A stretch of 29,510 nucleotides of DNA, from the IMG/VR virus record IMGVR_UViG_3300025830_000002; one strand, given 5' to 3'. The DNA is from a virus. The translations under genes and the position numbers were made by a program. Shown in pieces: positions 15,819-25,775 of the stretch (positions within the stretch are counted from its first letter, which is position 1; each line of letters begins with the position of its first letter). Below the pieces are notes generated by a model, which saw only the letters and a program-made list of their open reading frames with translations, ran no database searches and was not told the origin of the DNA.

Positions 15819-16754
15819 TTATACTGAATAAACTACACAATCGTTAGCTATTCCTACTTGTGCGCCTACTTGCATTCTCATAACGATTCTTACATTATCA
15901 GATCCATCATATAAATGAACTGGAATTACAGAAGCTTCTTGCCAATCTGACAATAAAGACGTTCCAAAATACAAGTTAGAAGTCTGTGCTGCTACCATTG
16001 TATTATCTGCCATTCCGTTAGCAACAAAAACAGGAATACCATCGAATGACAAGCTTCCGTTTGTATACCATTGTGTACCTTTGTTGTCTGTACCATTTGC
16101 ACCAAGTCCTGCTGCTGCGAATCCTCCGAGTGCGCGCACGTAATTACGGGCGATATTGGAAGATACATACAATTTCAAATCCTCATTTCCCCACACAGTT
16201 GTAGGAACGGCTGAAATTACAGACCCCATTTCATCGATTACGTTAGCTGCCGTAGAAGCTACTGCCGTAATATCTTGTGCTGCTGGCAATCCTGCTGCGT
16301 TTAATAAAGTAACGATACCATCGTATGCGTTAGCACCTGCAACACCTGTCCACAATAAAGTTTCATTAGAAGCTGCAACTTTAGAAGCAACATATCCTAA
16401 TAAGTAATCTTCAAAAGATTTAGGAATATCTGCAAAAGCAGAAGCACCCATCTCAATTGCTGAAAACGTGTCGTGAAACTGGCTTCTACAAAGTTGTAAA
16501 TTTACTTGCATATCTTTAACAGTTAATATGCTTTCGCCCATTGTTACAGTACGTGTTTCGTCAAAATCACAAGTTGCATCTTGGAATAAGTCGTTAGTAT
16601 CAATAGTTTGTAATACTGATTTTCCTTTGACGTTTTCAAGAACGGTAACGCCACCGTTTTCAATTGTAGGCGCACTTAAAAGAGCTGCGGAAATGTATTT
16701 TCCTGCTGCTAATCCTGCATAAGTGCTACCTGGAAATGTCGGCTGATCTGCCAT
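15819..16754 (-). CDS. Major capsid protein (HK97-fold type)
   Basis: 311 aa, Ala/Gly-rich, directly downstream of the protease and scaffold genes and followed by a terminator. The call rests on position and composition. Confidence 0.7.
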   Translation of the reverse strand: MADQPTFPGSTYAGLAAGKYISAALLSAPTIENGGVTVLENVKGKSVLQTIDTNDLFQDATCDFDETRTVTMGESILTVKDMQVNLQLCRSQFHDTFSAIEMGASAFADIPKSFEDYLLGYVASKVAASNETLLWTGVAGANAYDGIVTLLNAAGLPAAQDITAVASTAANVIDEMGSVISAVPTTVWGNEDLKLYVSSNIARNYVRALGGFAAAGLGANGTDNKGTQWYTNGSLSFDGIPVFVANGMADNTMVAAQTSNLYFGTSLLSDWQEASVIPVHLYDGSDNVRIVMRMQVGAQVGIANDCVVYSV

Positions 16755-16780
16755 AATTTTTAGGTTTTAATTATTATTAT

Positions 16781-17416
16781 TTATTTATTTAATTTTTTAT
16801 AGATTCTATCTAAAGTAGTTTCTGTTCTGTTTTGTGCGTATAACATTTTTTCTCTTACTTCCTTATTTTCTGGATTGAAAGAAATTGGCTTAACTGCTGG
16901 ATCAAGTTCTTCTGTAGAAAGTTCCGTTTTTTCGTCCTCAACAACTTCTTCTGTTTCTTCAGTAGTTTCTACTTTAGAAAGGTTTTGAAGTTTTGCTTTA
17001 AGTTCTTCGTTTTCTTTTTTCAAAGTTTCGATTTCATTAAAGAAAGTTTCTTTTACGATTGATTCAACTACTTTTTTAACAGGCTTTGCTTCGTCTGCCA
17101 TTTCTTCTTCTTTTTCGTCGTAGTCTTTTTTAGCTTCTTCTTCAATTACTTCTTCTTCTTCTTCAGCTGCTTCTTCTTTGATTTCTGCGATCAAACCCTC
17201 TTCAGTAACAACTAAAATTTTAGAATCATCCATTTTGTATTCTCCGATTGGAAGTGGAATTCTTTGTTCGTCTTCTGTAATTATAACGACCTCGTTTTCT
17301 GGTGCAAATTCATCTGCTTCAATGATTGTTACACCATCTTCTAATTTACGTTGTTCAAGTTTAACTTCCATTCCAAGAAGTTCTCTTACTTTGTTTAGTA
17401 TTGCTTTATTGTTCAT
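16781..17416 (-). CDS. Scaffolding protein
   Basis: 211 aa, highly acidic (poly-E tracts EEAAEEEEEVIEEE) and helical. It sits immediately upstream of the capsid gene. Confidence 0.6.
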   Translation of the reverse strand: MNNKAILNKVRELLGMEVKLEQRKLEDGVTIIEADEFAPENEVVIITEDEQRIPLPIGEYKMDDSKILVVTEEGLIAEIKEEAAEEEEEVIEEEAKKDYDEKEEEMADEAKPVKKVVESIVKETFFNEIETLKKENEELKAKLQNLSKVETTEETEEVVEDEKTELSTEELDPAVKPISFNPENKEVREKMLYAQNRTETTLDRIYKKLNK

Positions 17417-17442
17417 AGCTTATTTAATTATTCGTGTTTATC

Positions 17443-17805
17443 TTATAATAGTTTTTTAGCATCTGCCAAATCTTTTTTAGCTGAATCAACAATAAAAAGT
17501 GCTTCTTTATATTCTTTTACGCTATCTGGCGTTAAACCTAAATCTTTTGCAGCTTTGGCGAAAGCTTTTGCCTCTTTATTTGCAGCACTTCTTATTGATT
17601 CAATATTTTTAATAGAATTTGAATAATCTTGTTTTGCCTTAAAAAATGCATTTCTTTTTTTAAAATTAGATTCCAATTCTTTATCTAAAGCGCTTATCGA
17701 TTTTTTTAAATCTGCCACACTTGCAAGTTCTACTTTTTCAGAAGCTAATTCCGTTTTTTTGTCATCTTTTGCCCAGTCAGCAAAAATCTTATTTAGTCGT
17801 TCCAT
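17443..17805 (-). CDS. Hypothetical helical head-module protein, 120 aa
   Basis: K/A/E-rich coiled-coil-like ORF between the protease and the scaffold. Confidence 0.5.
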   Translation of the reverse strand: MERLNKIFADWAKDDKKTELASEKVELASVADLKKSISALDKELESNFKKRNAFFKAKQDYSNSIKNIESIRSAANKEAKAFAKAAKDLGLTPDSVKEYKEALFIVDSAKKDLADAKKLL

Positions 17806-17847
17806 ACTATATTAACTTTATTTTAAATTGTTTGTTGCATTTTTGGA

Positions 17848-17988
17848 TTATATGTTGCCGATTCCTTGATTTCTTATAGTGCCTTTACAACACTTTGTTG
17901 AATATGTATTGTCTTCACATAAACAAGCTTTACGTGAGTTTTTAGGACTGCTTTGTGCTTGTGGCCTTTCTACTTTCTTTTTACTCAT
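17848..17988 (-). CDS. Small basic Cys-rich peptide, 46 aa (not in ORF track)
   Basis: Hand translation gives MSKKKVERPQAQSSPKNSRKACLCEDNTYSTKCCKGTIRNQGIGNI. Its ATG overlaps the protease TGA (ATGA). It occupies most of an otherwise unexplained 179-nt gap. Confidence 0.35.
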   Translation of the reverse strand: MSKKKVERPQAQSSPKNSRKACLCEDNTYSTKCCKGTIRNQGIGNI

Positions 17989-18584
17989 TTCAATAGGTCT
18001 TTTAGTTTGTTTATTGTTTCCGTTTTTTTATCGTCTTTACTCATATCGTATCTGTCTGCAAAATAACCTTCAATACTAAATCCTTTTATTTCGCCAGACT
18101 TTGCTTTGTCGTATAGTTCTTGATCGTCTATCTTTGCCGATACCATCCAAGTGCCTACAGGTACATCTAAGCCATATAAAGCCGTTTTGTCTTTCTTGCT
18201 ATCTTCTACTATCCAACTTTCAACGATTGTAACGCCATCAATTTTATTTTCGTGTTCAAAGGTTGCGTTTTTATGATTCGATTTTTTAAAGAATAATTCA
18301 CTTGCCTGTCGTACCGTGTTTTTAGAAAAGTAAATATAGTATTCGTCGCCTTTGTCGTTTCTTCTGTAAATACTTTTATCTGGAATAAGTGCAGCACCCA
18401 TTAAAATTTTCTTTTCTGCGTTAATCTCTTTTAGATATAGTTCGTGTTTTTGTTTAGAAAGTGCGATGAAGTTGGATTCAATCGCAGGAGTTTCTACTAA
18501 AGAAATTGCGTCTATTCCACTTTGTTCATCGTTTGGATCAATTATAAGTTCTACGATTTTAAATGTTTTTGATTCACTGCTCAT
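17985..18584 (-). CDS. XkdF-like prohead protease-family protein
   Basis: 199 aa. ...IDAISLVETPAIESNF..., ...FEHENKIDGVTIVESWIV..., ...GEIKGFSIEG... parallels the PBSX XkdF (Peptidase_S78_2) family. It lies in the head module. Confidence 0.6.
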   Translation of the reverse strand: MSSESKTFKIVELIIDPNDEQSGIDAISLVETPAIESNFIALSKQKHELYLKEINAEKKILMGAALIPDKSIYRRNDKGDEYYIYFSKNTVRQASELFFKKSNHKNATFEHENKIDGVTIVESWIVEDSKKDKTALYGLDVPVGTWMVSAKIDDQELYDKAKSGEIKGFSIEGYFADRYDMSKDDKKTETINKLKDLLK

Positions 18585-18586
18585 AT

Positions 18587-18599
18587 TATAATAACTTTT
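18587..18599 (-). repeat. 13-mer AAAAGTTATTATA, copy 2, ending 2 nt before the ATG at 18584
   Basis: Exact 13-mer shared with 15073..15085 and 26536..26548. Confidence 0.9.
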
Positions 18600-18605
18600 A
18601 TTTGT

Positions 18606-21098
18606 TTATAGTGTTGCATTTTGTACTCTGTTTCTGTCAAGTGCTTGGCTTGTCGTTACTTCTCCACTAACTACAAAAGCTTGTACAGGTTGTTGTTGTA
18701 ATTGTGCTATTTGATTTATTCCACTATCTCCAACAACGTTAAAATTAGGTGCTGCTGATTCGTCTATATTTGGCGTAGGTGTGTCAGCAGGATCGCCAGT
18801 TGATTCAAATTTAGTAGAAGCAATTTTCGCAATATTTACGGCAGACGTTGTAGCTGCAAACGCAAGAGATGCTATACCAGCAGGATTAGGAACAGGCCCA
18901 ATAGCAATAGGAGCAGAAGCAAGAGAAGCTGTAATTGCCTTACCTGCATCTATAATAGCACCCCCTAACTGCATCGCTTTGTTAAACTTAAATTGTTTTC
19001 TTGCAAGTTCTTCTTCTTCCTTACTTCCCTCTTCAAGTTTAGCCATTTTATTAGAAAAAACTAAATCGCCAATTTGTTGAATTGCGTCTGCACCTTGTTG
19101 CGCATATTCTAAACCTTTTTGTATTGCTTCAAGTCTTGCTTGTCTTTCGGATTCTATTAAGTCTTTTTGTTTATCTGATGCCTCTTTGTCTTTGGCCAAC
19201 TTTTCTAATCTAAATTGATCTTCTATTGCAGCTTGATCTATTAAAAATTGTGCTTCTAATTGTTTTGTAAGTTCTGCATTATCTTGTGCAAGTAAATACT
19301 TTGCTTCATAACTTTGTGACAAAGCAATTATTTCTGCCATTTGCCTGTCTTTCATTAAGTCAAGTTCTAACTGAAATAAAGCATCTTCTTTATCTATTCT
19401 TTCTTGATTTGCTTTAGCTTTTTCTTCATCAATTTTTTTGTTTTTCTCTTTTTCTAAATCAACGTACTTTTTATTAATTACTTTTTGTTGTGCAAGTTCT
19501 TGCTTGTCATAAAGGTCTTTTAACGCTGCTCTTTCTTTTGCAGTTAGCTTCGTGTTTTTCTTGGCATCCTCTTGTAGTCTTCTAAACTTGTCTCTATTGA
19601 TTTCAAGGTCTTTCTCTATTCCGTCCTTTAGTAAAGAGTTCTCAAGGTCTTCTATTTTTCTGGCAGTGTTTAATCTATCTTCTTGTTTTTGTTTTAATTT
19701 GTCTGCATTATCCTTTACTTCTTCAGCGTCAAAAATTTCTAAATCTTTTTGTAAAGATTCAACGTCACCTTTAGTAGTTGTTATCCATTTCTTAGTCTCT
19801 TTATTCCTAAATTCATTTAATCTTTTATTTGATGCTTCTAATTGTCTTTCAATCTCAAATGTATGGGTATACATATTTACACGAGCATTTCTTAAAATTT
19901 GGGATTCTACAACAGATAAATCAGACCTATCTTTTATACCCTCAGCCTCTATTTTTTGTATTACTTTTTGTGCCTTCTTTTTTGCATCTATTCTTTTTTG
20001 AATACTATCAATAGTATCTCTAGTTTCTTCTTCAAATTTATCCTTGTCGTCTTTTGCGTTTTTTTCAGCATCAGCTATTGCGTCTGTTATTATTTTTCGT
20101 TCTGCTTCTCTTGTTTCTTCACCCTTTGCTTTTGCTAAAGCAATTTCTTTTTGTGCTAATTTTCGTTTTAACTCATATTCTTTATTTAGCCTGTCTTTTT
20201 TATCATTCCATCTATCTTCGTCTGCTTTTGCTTCTTCTTCACGTCTTTTAGCATCTGCTTTTTCTTGTTCTGCATTTTTGCCCTGAGCTATACCTAATGC
20301 TTTTAGACCTTTTTGAAATACTTTAACCGTGGCGATTAAAGGAGCGAAAGAAATCATTAGTGCCTTTGTTAATAAGCCACCCTCCTTAAAGCCTTTGTTT
20401 ACATCTGTTAATACTTCTTTAACCTTGTCAAAATTTGCCACGAGTAAACCAATACCTACAACTAAAGCACCCACACCTGTACTAATAAGTGCTGCTCTAA
20501 ACAACTTTAATCCTGTTGTTGCACCACCAGTAACAAAAGTAAATGCTGCTTGTCCTGCTGCTGCCAATTTACTACCTATTGATAATTCTCTGTAAGCTTC
20601 TGTAAGACCTTGTACTCCTTGCTGTATAGCTAATGCAGATTGAACTTTTAAAAGTGATTCTTCAAGTGCTTGGTTCTCATCTCCAAACAAAGCCATAGCA
20701 CCTTGTGTAGCTGCAAAGCCACTTGTAGCACCATTTAACGCACTACCTAACTTTTGCGTCATTGTAGTCGCTGCGCCATCTACTGCTAAATCCGTTTGTA
20801 TTTGAACTTTACGATATTCTCCTACTTTGGTTAATAGTTCTTGATATTCTTGTGAAGCCGTATCTCCTGCAAGTGCTAATTCATAAAGACGATCTTCTGC
20901 TTCGCCCATTCGTGTAGTAAGTGGCTCTATGGCATCTCCATATCTTTTAGCAAATGTTGCTCCTGTATCAAACGATTCATTTACCTGCTCGTTTGCTTTT
21001 GCAGTTTCGTCTAACGAATCATTTAAATTATCAAAATCTTTTGCCGTTTTATCAGCATTGTTTTTGATGTTTACGTTTATAGTTCTTGTTTCAGCCAT
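18606..21098 (-). CDS. Tape measure-like protein
   Basis: This is the longest ORF (830 aa). Gly/Ala-rich hydrophobic segments at both ends (...LISTGVGALVVGIGLLV..., ...APIAIGPVPNPAGIASLAFAA...) flank a K/E-rich coiled coil of about 450 aa. No enzymatic motif recognised. Confidence 0.6.
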   Translation of the reverse strand: MAETRTINVNIKNNADKTAKDFDNLNDSLDETAKANEQVNESFDTGATFAKRYGDAIEPLTTRMGEAEDRLYELALAGDTASQEYQELLTKVGEYRKVQIQTDLAVDGAATTMTQKLGSALNGATSGFAATQGAMALFGDENQALEESLLKVQSALAIQQGVQGLTEAYRELSIGSKLAAAGQAAFTFVTGGATTGLKLFRAALISTGVGALVVGIGLLVANFDKVKEVLTDVNKGFKEGGLLTKALMISFAPLIATVKVFQKGLKALGIAQGKNAEQEKADAKRREEEAKADEDRWNDKKDRLNKEYELKRKLAQKEIALAKAKGEETREAERKIITDAIADAEKNAKDDKDKFEEETRDTIDSIQKRIDAKKKAQKVIQKIEAEGIKDRSDLSVVESQILRNARVNMYTHTFEIERQLEASNKRLNEFRNKETKKWITTTKGDVESLQKDLEIFDAEEVKDNADKLKQKQEDRLNTARKIEDLENSLLKDGIEKDLEINRDKFRRLQEDAKKNTKLTAKERAALKDLYDKQELAQQKVINKKYVDLEKEKNKKIDEEKAKANQERIDKEDALFQLELDLMKDRQMAEIIALSQSYEAKYLLAQDNAELTKQLEAQFLIDQAAIEDQFRLEKLAKDKEASDKQKDLIESERQARLEAIQKGLEYAQQGADAIQQIGDLVFSNKMAKLEEGSKEEEELARKQFKFNKAMQLGGAIIDAGKAITASLASAPIAIGPVPNPAGIASLAFAATTSAVNIAKIASTKFESTGDPADTPTPNIDESAAPNFNVVGDSGINQIAQLQQQPVQAFVVSGEVTTSQALDRNRVQNATL

Positions 21099-21265
21099 TT
21101 GAGTGTGTCTTTATTTCGTGTTTTTAACAAGTTCATTCTTTTCTTTTGCTTATAAATTCCTTTCACTCCTGTTTCATAACTATATAATCCTTTCGCCACT
21201 TGTACATTGTAGCTGCCATTATAAAAATCGTCTATTGCTAATAAGTCTACTATGTTTTTAATCAT
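21077..21265 (-). CDS. Hypothetical protein, 62 aa
   Basis: It has a TAATG overlap with the upstream 803-aa gene and a 22-nt overlap with the tape-measure start. It contains an AAACACGAA motif 17 nt before the tape-measure ATG. Confidence 0.35.
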   Translation of the reverse strand: MIKNIVDLLAIDDFYNGSYNVQVAKGLYSYETGVKGIYKQKKRMNLLKTRNKDTLKWLKQEL

Positions 21266-23676
21266 TACGGTTGTTGTTGGATAAATATTTGGTTGCTTGT
21301 TTGTGTTCCGTTACTGAATGTATAAGTAACAACTAAAGTGTATAGTTCAATAGTTCCCTCTTCTGTTCTTACTCGTTTAGTATCTTCCGTGTTTATGTAG
21401 TCTATATCATCTTCAGTTTTTAGTACCGTTGTAGTATTTGGATTGTCTGGAATACATACTTGAATCGTACCCTCACTTGTTAAAGTGCTTGGCGTAATCG
21501 TTACACTTGGATTGCTACAAGTTATATCTGCTTGAACTACTCCGTTAGGAAATAAGATTCTAACGTCTAAACATTGTGATACATCACTTGGAATTAATGG
21601 CTCTGTTGGACCACCTCCACCGATAGCAATAACAGGTCTAAAATCATTTATCAAAACAAAATCTACATCGCCAGTATTGAGATTAGATTTCATTGATTCT
21701 ATAATGTATCTTTTATCTCTAATAATTAGCCTGTCATTCAAACGTAATTCAGTTAATAGGCTTACAGGTAGATTCGTTTTTATGGTTGTTCTTCTATTCT
21801 TTAAATTAAACAGATTAAGTAAATATCCAGAATAATATGTTTTAAAAAGTGTATTCTGTTCAGCTATGTTTGTTAAGGTGCTTATGTCTGCATTAAAATT
21901 AAGTGTGTAGTTTTCAGTCAATACTTTTACATCTTGTCCGAAAGGAACATACTCTGTTAAAGTGCTTGTACTTGTTTCATCTGTAAATCTATAATCTTGT
22001 GCTAATTCTTCGTACTCATAAATTATCATAGGTTTAGGAACGTACTTGTTTCCATCTTGATTTATTGTTTCGCCTATTTGTAGATTCGTGCCTTGAAACT
22101 TTTGCATCATCATATTTTCAAAAGGCAATTCTACTTTAAAAGCACCACCATCATAATCAAAAGTGTTCTTCGTGTTTCCATAGCCACGACCTGTAAGATT
22201 TTTAAATATTGTATTTGTAGCACTTTCACTTTCTTGGTAGTTAAATTCTATTGTTTTAAATAATTTAAGCCTGTCTATGTTTATGCTTTTTATATCCGTG
22301 TATTTCGTGATATCTACAACTGCGCCTTTCGCATACCAATCGTCTAACGGCTCAACTTGAAACACATTTTCTGCCGTTCCATAGCAAGTTAAATTAAACA
22401 TCTTTAGAACTCCTTTAAAGAAGTCGCTTACGGTCATATCTGGAACGTAGTTAACAACACTAAAATCATTATTTACACTTACTGCTCCTGTTCCATAATA
22501 TCTATTTATAGCCGTATCAATGCCACTACCTGTGTCAATATATGTAAGTTGCTGATAAGTAATTTTAAAAGTAACTGATAAAGCATTTTGAGCCCTAAAT
22601 CTAAAACTATAATTAGTGTTAGGTGTATTTACACTACTACCCTCAATAATTTGTGTTGTTCCAGGAGATTGTGCAGTTATTGTTTGAACTACTTGGTTAT
22701 TCAATATTACATCAATATAAAATATTGTTTGTGGTGTTGCTGGATTTACAGAATTAATTTCTAAAACAACACTATATAGAAATGCAGCTTGAAGACCAGG
22801 CGTTGCTCCTGGAAATGCTTCTGAAAATGATATTTGACCAAAGCTTAATGTATCTGTACCTAAATCAAAATAATCTAAATAAGTTTTAGTTGTATTATAA
22901 TTAATAATATCCGTACTTCCACTTGTTATATCCATTAATTTAGATTCAGTTACAAAAGTAAAATCTTCTGAATTTTTACAATACAAATAAGCATTACTAA
23001 ATCTTTTATCTCCAAAAAATGTTCCACTAAACGTAACTCCGTACCTCGTTTGTATTACGTTAATTAAAGAAAGTAGTTTAATAGCTGGAAATAATTCATT
23101 GTACAAAACACTTCCTGTTCCTGTTGTTCCTATGTCTGTGCTTCCACCTGTTCCATAAGTTATATCTCTATTAAAGATTAAAGGAAACCTAACACCATAA
23201 GTAATGCTTCCATTTGTTATTCTGTCTTGAACTGCTGCGCCATCATACGCAAAATTATAAAAATCAAGTTCAGACATATCAGCCAATTTATCGTCTTGAA
23301 ATTTATCCTTAAGTGCCAATATATCTCCGTAGAAAGTAATTTGATAACTATAAGGTTGGTTGTCTTTTACTTCTGATTTTTCTAAACTTATTTTTCCACG
23401 TCTAAATGTTGTTAAGTCTATTTCTATGTATGCATCTCTTCGGATGTTGTGGTCAAAGATTGTATTGATATCTTGTAAATCGCCAATATCACTATTATAG
23501 AAATGCTTAAATATTGCATCGTTTTTAATTGAACTCGGAACACTAAAGCTTTGTGAATAGTCAGTAAATACTTTGCTAATATCTTGGATATCTTGCTGCT
23601 TACTTGTAACGCTTATTATTTCGTCTTTAAATAAATCAAGTCTTTGCCCCTCTATGTATACTTGTACAGTTCTCAT
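21265..23676 (-). CDS. Large tail structural protein (candidate tail tip/baseplate or receptor-binding component)
   Basis: 803 aa, beta-rich and Thr/Asn/Ser-rich, in the tail cluster. No diagnostic motif, so the call rests on size and context. Confidence 0.45.
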   Translation of the reverse strand: MRTVQVYIEGQRLDLFKDEIISVTSKQQDIQDISKVFTDYSQSFSVPSSIKNDAIFKHFYNSDIGDLQDINTIFDHNIRRDAYIEIDLTTFRRGKISLEKSEVKDNQPYSYQITFYGDILALKDKFQDDKLADMSELDFYNFAYDGAAVQDRITNGSITYGVRFPLIFNRDITYGTGGSTDIGTTGTGSVLYNELFPAIKLLSLINVIQTRYGVTFSGTFFGDKRFSNAYLYCKNSEDFTFVTESKLMDITSGSTDIINYNTTKTYLDYFDLGTDTLSFGQISFSEAFPGATPGLQAAFLYSVVLEINSVNPATPQTIFYIDVILNNQVVQTITAQSPGTTQIIEGSSVNTPNTNYSFRFRAQNALSVTFKITYQQLTYIDTGSGIDTAINRYYGTGAVSVNNDFSVVNYVPDMTVSDFFKGVLKMFNLTCYGTAENVFQVEPLDDWYAKGAVVDITKYTDIKSINIDRLKLFKTIEFNYQESESATNTIFKNLTGRGYGNTKNTFDYDGGAFKVELPFENMMMQKFQGTNLQIGETINQDGNKYVPKPMIIYEYEELAQDYRFTDETSTSTLTEYVPFGQDVKVLTENYTLNFNADISTLTNIAEQNTLFKTYYSGYLLNLFNLKNRRTTIKTNLPVSLLTELRLNDRLIIRDKRYIIESMKSNLNTGDVDFVLINDFRPVIAIGGGGPTEPLIPSDVSQCLDVRILFPNGVVQADITCSNPSVTITPSTLTSEGTIQVCIPDNPNTTTVLKTEDDIDYINTEDTKRVRTEEGTIELYTLVVTYTFSNGTQTSNQIFIQQQP

Positions 23677-24767
23677 TAAACTACATTGTTAATTAAATCG
23701 TAAGCAAATTCAAACTCCATCTCATAGTTAATCATTCCATCGTTTATTCCTACTTGTTTTTGAAGTGATTTAGTTTTGGCTTTTACAGGAGTGTAGTTCG
23801 TGTTTACCTCGTAATCTAATAGAAGCACCTTCTCACTCAATAACATCTGTTGTATATAATCGCCATAGTCGTCGTTAACCCATCCTGTGTTTAGCTTAAT
23901 AGTTTCTTTTGCGTTTATGTTAAACTCTTTAAATTGACCATCGCCAGACAAGTTAGGATAGTAAGGTAATGCGCTTGGATTGAATTTGTATTCATTCGTT
24001 TTTACGTTGATACTTCTTTTCTTAACTTTTTGAAAGAATATTCTTGACCAACTTCCGTAACGATTAATAAAGTCCACAACTACTGGCTGATACTTTGGCT
24101 CACATTGTGGCTTAAAGTATGCAGTCCAACGTTCTGTTACGCCACCTATTAAGATTTCTACTTTGTTACCGTTTGGTGCATAAGTTAAGTATGCTCGTGC
24201 ATAGCTTTTTACTCCATCAGTAGTTGCCGTGTCTGTAAATGTTGCACCTGTTACTAAATCAGTATATTTCACAACATCTCCTATACTTAATTCACAATCA
24301 AAACTGCCCCATAATCCATTACCTTGTGTAGTTGGTATTGTAGCATCGTAGTTGTAAAAATAAGTACCCTCATCTAAAAGTGCTATTGGTGTTGTTGCGT
24401 TGTAGCCATCCATATAGTAGTTGTAGCCATCTACAAAAGTTCCTGTTTCTGTTGTATTTAATACATACGTTCCACCTATCAAGTTATAAGACTTTACTTT
24501 ATAGTTTACTAAGTAATTTGTACTTGTGTCGATGCCATACGTTAAACCTGTCGCACTTTGCCACACGTTAAAAGTGTAGTATTCTCTTACGTAAGGACTT
24601 ATATTGTAAAAAGTTTTAGTGTTGTTAGACGCAGGAATTAATTTAGATAGTGTGTATTGTGGATTTGCTAAAAAGCCAGGTGTATTCGCCAAAAATAATT
24701 CTATTTTGCTTCCTGTTTGTGTAGCATCGTCTACCTCTATTATGTATGGACTTCGTGATAATTTCAT
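23676..24767 (-). CDS. Tail structural protein (candidate distal tail protein)
   Basis: 363 aa, beta-rich, with a 1-nt overlap with the downstream 803-aa gene. The call rests on context only. Confidence 0.4.
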   Translation of the reverse strand: MKLSRSPYIIEVDDATQTGSKIELFLANTPGFLANPQYTLSKLIPASNNTKTFYNISPYVREYYTFNVWQSATGLTYGIDTSTNYLVNYKVKSYNLIGGTYVLNTTETGTFVDGYNYYMDGYNATTPIALLDEGTYFYNYDATIPTTQGNGLWGSFDCELSIGDVVKYTDLVTGATFTDTATTDGVKSYARAYLTYAPNGNKVEILIGGVTERWTAYFKPQCEPKYQPVVVDFINRYGSWSRIFFQKVKKRSINVKTNEYKFNPSALPYYPNLSGDGQFKEFNINAKETIKLNTGWVNDDYGDYIQQMLLSEKVLLLDYEVNTNYTPVKAKTKSLQKQVGINDGMINYEMEFEFAYDLINNVV

Positions 24768-25327
24768 TTTAGTTGTTTAAAGTTTTCTTCAGTAATTTGA
24801 TTAAATAGTTTTTCCATATCAAAGCCGAACATTTCCATAAGTTCATCTGGAAGTTTATTGTAATACTTTTCAAATGGCTTTGTAAAAAACAAGCTTGGCT
24901 TTAAGCCTTTGGAATATATGCTTCTTGCTATAATATAACCCATACTCTTATGGCTCATAAATCTGCCTGTCTCTTTATCTTTCCATTGAAAGCCTTTACG
25001 CTTGGCCCATTTTGCCATAATGCCAGACATACCACCGTTTGCTTTTCCTATTAGTGAACTATTTGTTCCAAATTTATAAGGCGATTTGTTTTGTCCGTTT
25101 CCTTTGTTAGAACTTTTATTTCCTTTTACACCTTGATCTTTATAAAATCCGTATTCATCCATCTCAAAAGAAATTTGAATACTATTTTTTGATTCTTTAA
25201 CATATCCTTTTAAACTATTTGCAAGATTTCCTGTATCTCTTGGAATACCTTTTTTTGCTTCACGGATTACATTATCCTTGAAGTCATCTAATAGTTCTTG
25301 TATGTTATTAAATTCTGCCATTAACAA
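24764..25327 (-). CDS. HK97 gp10-family head-tail/tail-completion protein
   Basis: ...REAKKGIPRDTGNLANSLKGYV... matches the gp10-family signature (aP.dTG.L..Si). Confidence 0.55.
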   Translation of the reverse strand: MLMAEFNNIQELLDDFKDNVIREAKKGIPRDTGNLANSLKGYVKESKNSIQISFEMDEYGFYKDQGVKGNKSSNKGNGQNKSPYKFGTNSSLIGKANGGMSGIMAKWAKRKGFQWKDKETGRFMSHKSMGYIIARSIYSKGLKPSLFFTKPFEKYYNKLPDELMEMFGFDMEKLFNQITEENFKQLK

Positions 25328-25773
25328 ATAGTCATTGAATTGCCGATTAAAATATCACAGGTTAATGTTGCGCCTGCAAGTTTATTTTCAAACCTTTCTG
25401 TAAAAAATTCTGCCGTTGGATTGCCATCCACTTGAAAGGCATCCGTGTAAAGTGTGCCTCTTCTTAACAACTCATAAACTCTATTCAATACTGCCATCAT
25501 AGTATTTAATACATATAGTTCGTTATCGTTGCCATCAAATTTATTTGTTGTTTCGTCTTTTGATATGTCTGTGATATCCATAGCCAAAATACTTATATTG
25601 TATCTTATGACGTTTTCTTCAAACGTGGCTTGATTTACGATCAAATGCACTAAAGGAAATATTGTTTGCTTATTTAAATCAACGTCAAAGATATCGCCTT
25701 GTGTAACGGTTTTTATTAGTTCATCGTTATCGAAGTGTGTTTTTAGTTTGTCTATTATATCGAAGTAGTTCAT
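25321..25773 (-). CDS. Head-tail joining / tail-terminator-like protein (DUF3168-like)
   Basis: 150 aa. The N-terminal pattern M..fD.I..L......l...v....if........fPlv is typical of tail-completion proteins. The call rests on this and on context. Confidence 0.4.
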   Translation of the reverse strand: MNYFDIIDKLKTHFDNDELIKTVTQGDIFDVDLNKQTIFPLVHLIVNQATFEENVIRYNISILAMDITDISKDETTNKFDGNDNELYVLNTMMAVLNRVYELLRRGTLYTDAFQVDGNPTAEFFTERFENKLAGATLTCDILIGNSMTIC

Positions 25774-25775
25774 AA

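Noticed and set aside
16130-16139. Perfect GC-rich 10-bp palindrome GTGCGCGCAC inside the capsid gene
   Set aside because: It is a single occurrence in the most GC-rich coding stretch and encodes ...RALGG.... There are no flanking repeats or partner sites. It is most likely chance.
18209-18397. 62-aa minus-strand ORF nested in another frame of the XkdF-like protease gene
   Set aside because: It is fully embedded in a gene with recognisable family motifs. It has no start-context signal and no slippery site, and its sequence is implausible.
19552-20595. Cluster of overlapping plus-strand ORFs (19552..20001, 19829..20014, 19956..20138, 20044..20286, 20054..20251, 20329..20595)
   Set aside because: They are the reverse complement of the K/E-rich coiled-coil part of the tape-measure-like gene. 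GAA/AAA-rich sense codons give stop-poor, F/L/S-rich antisense frames. They are not genes.
18606-21098. Apparent DNA repeats in the tape-measure-like gene
   Set aside because: I find no exact tandem unit. The periodicity reflects the K/E/A-rich coiled-coil codon composition rather than a repeat element.
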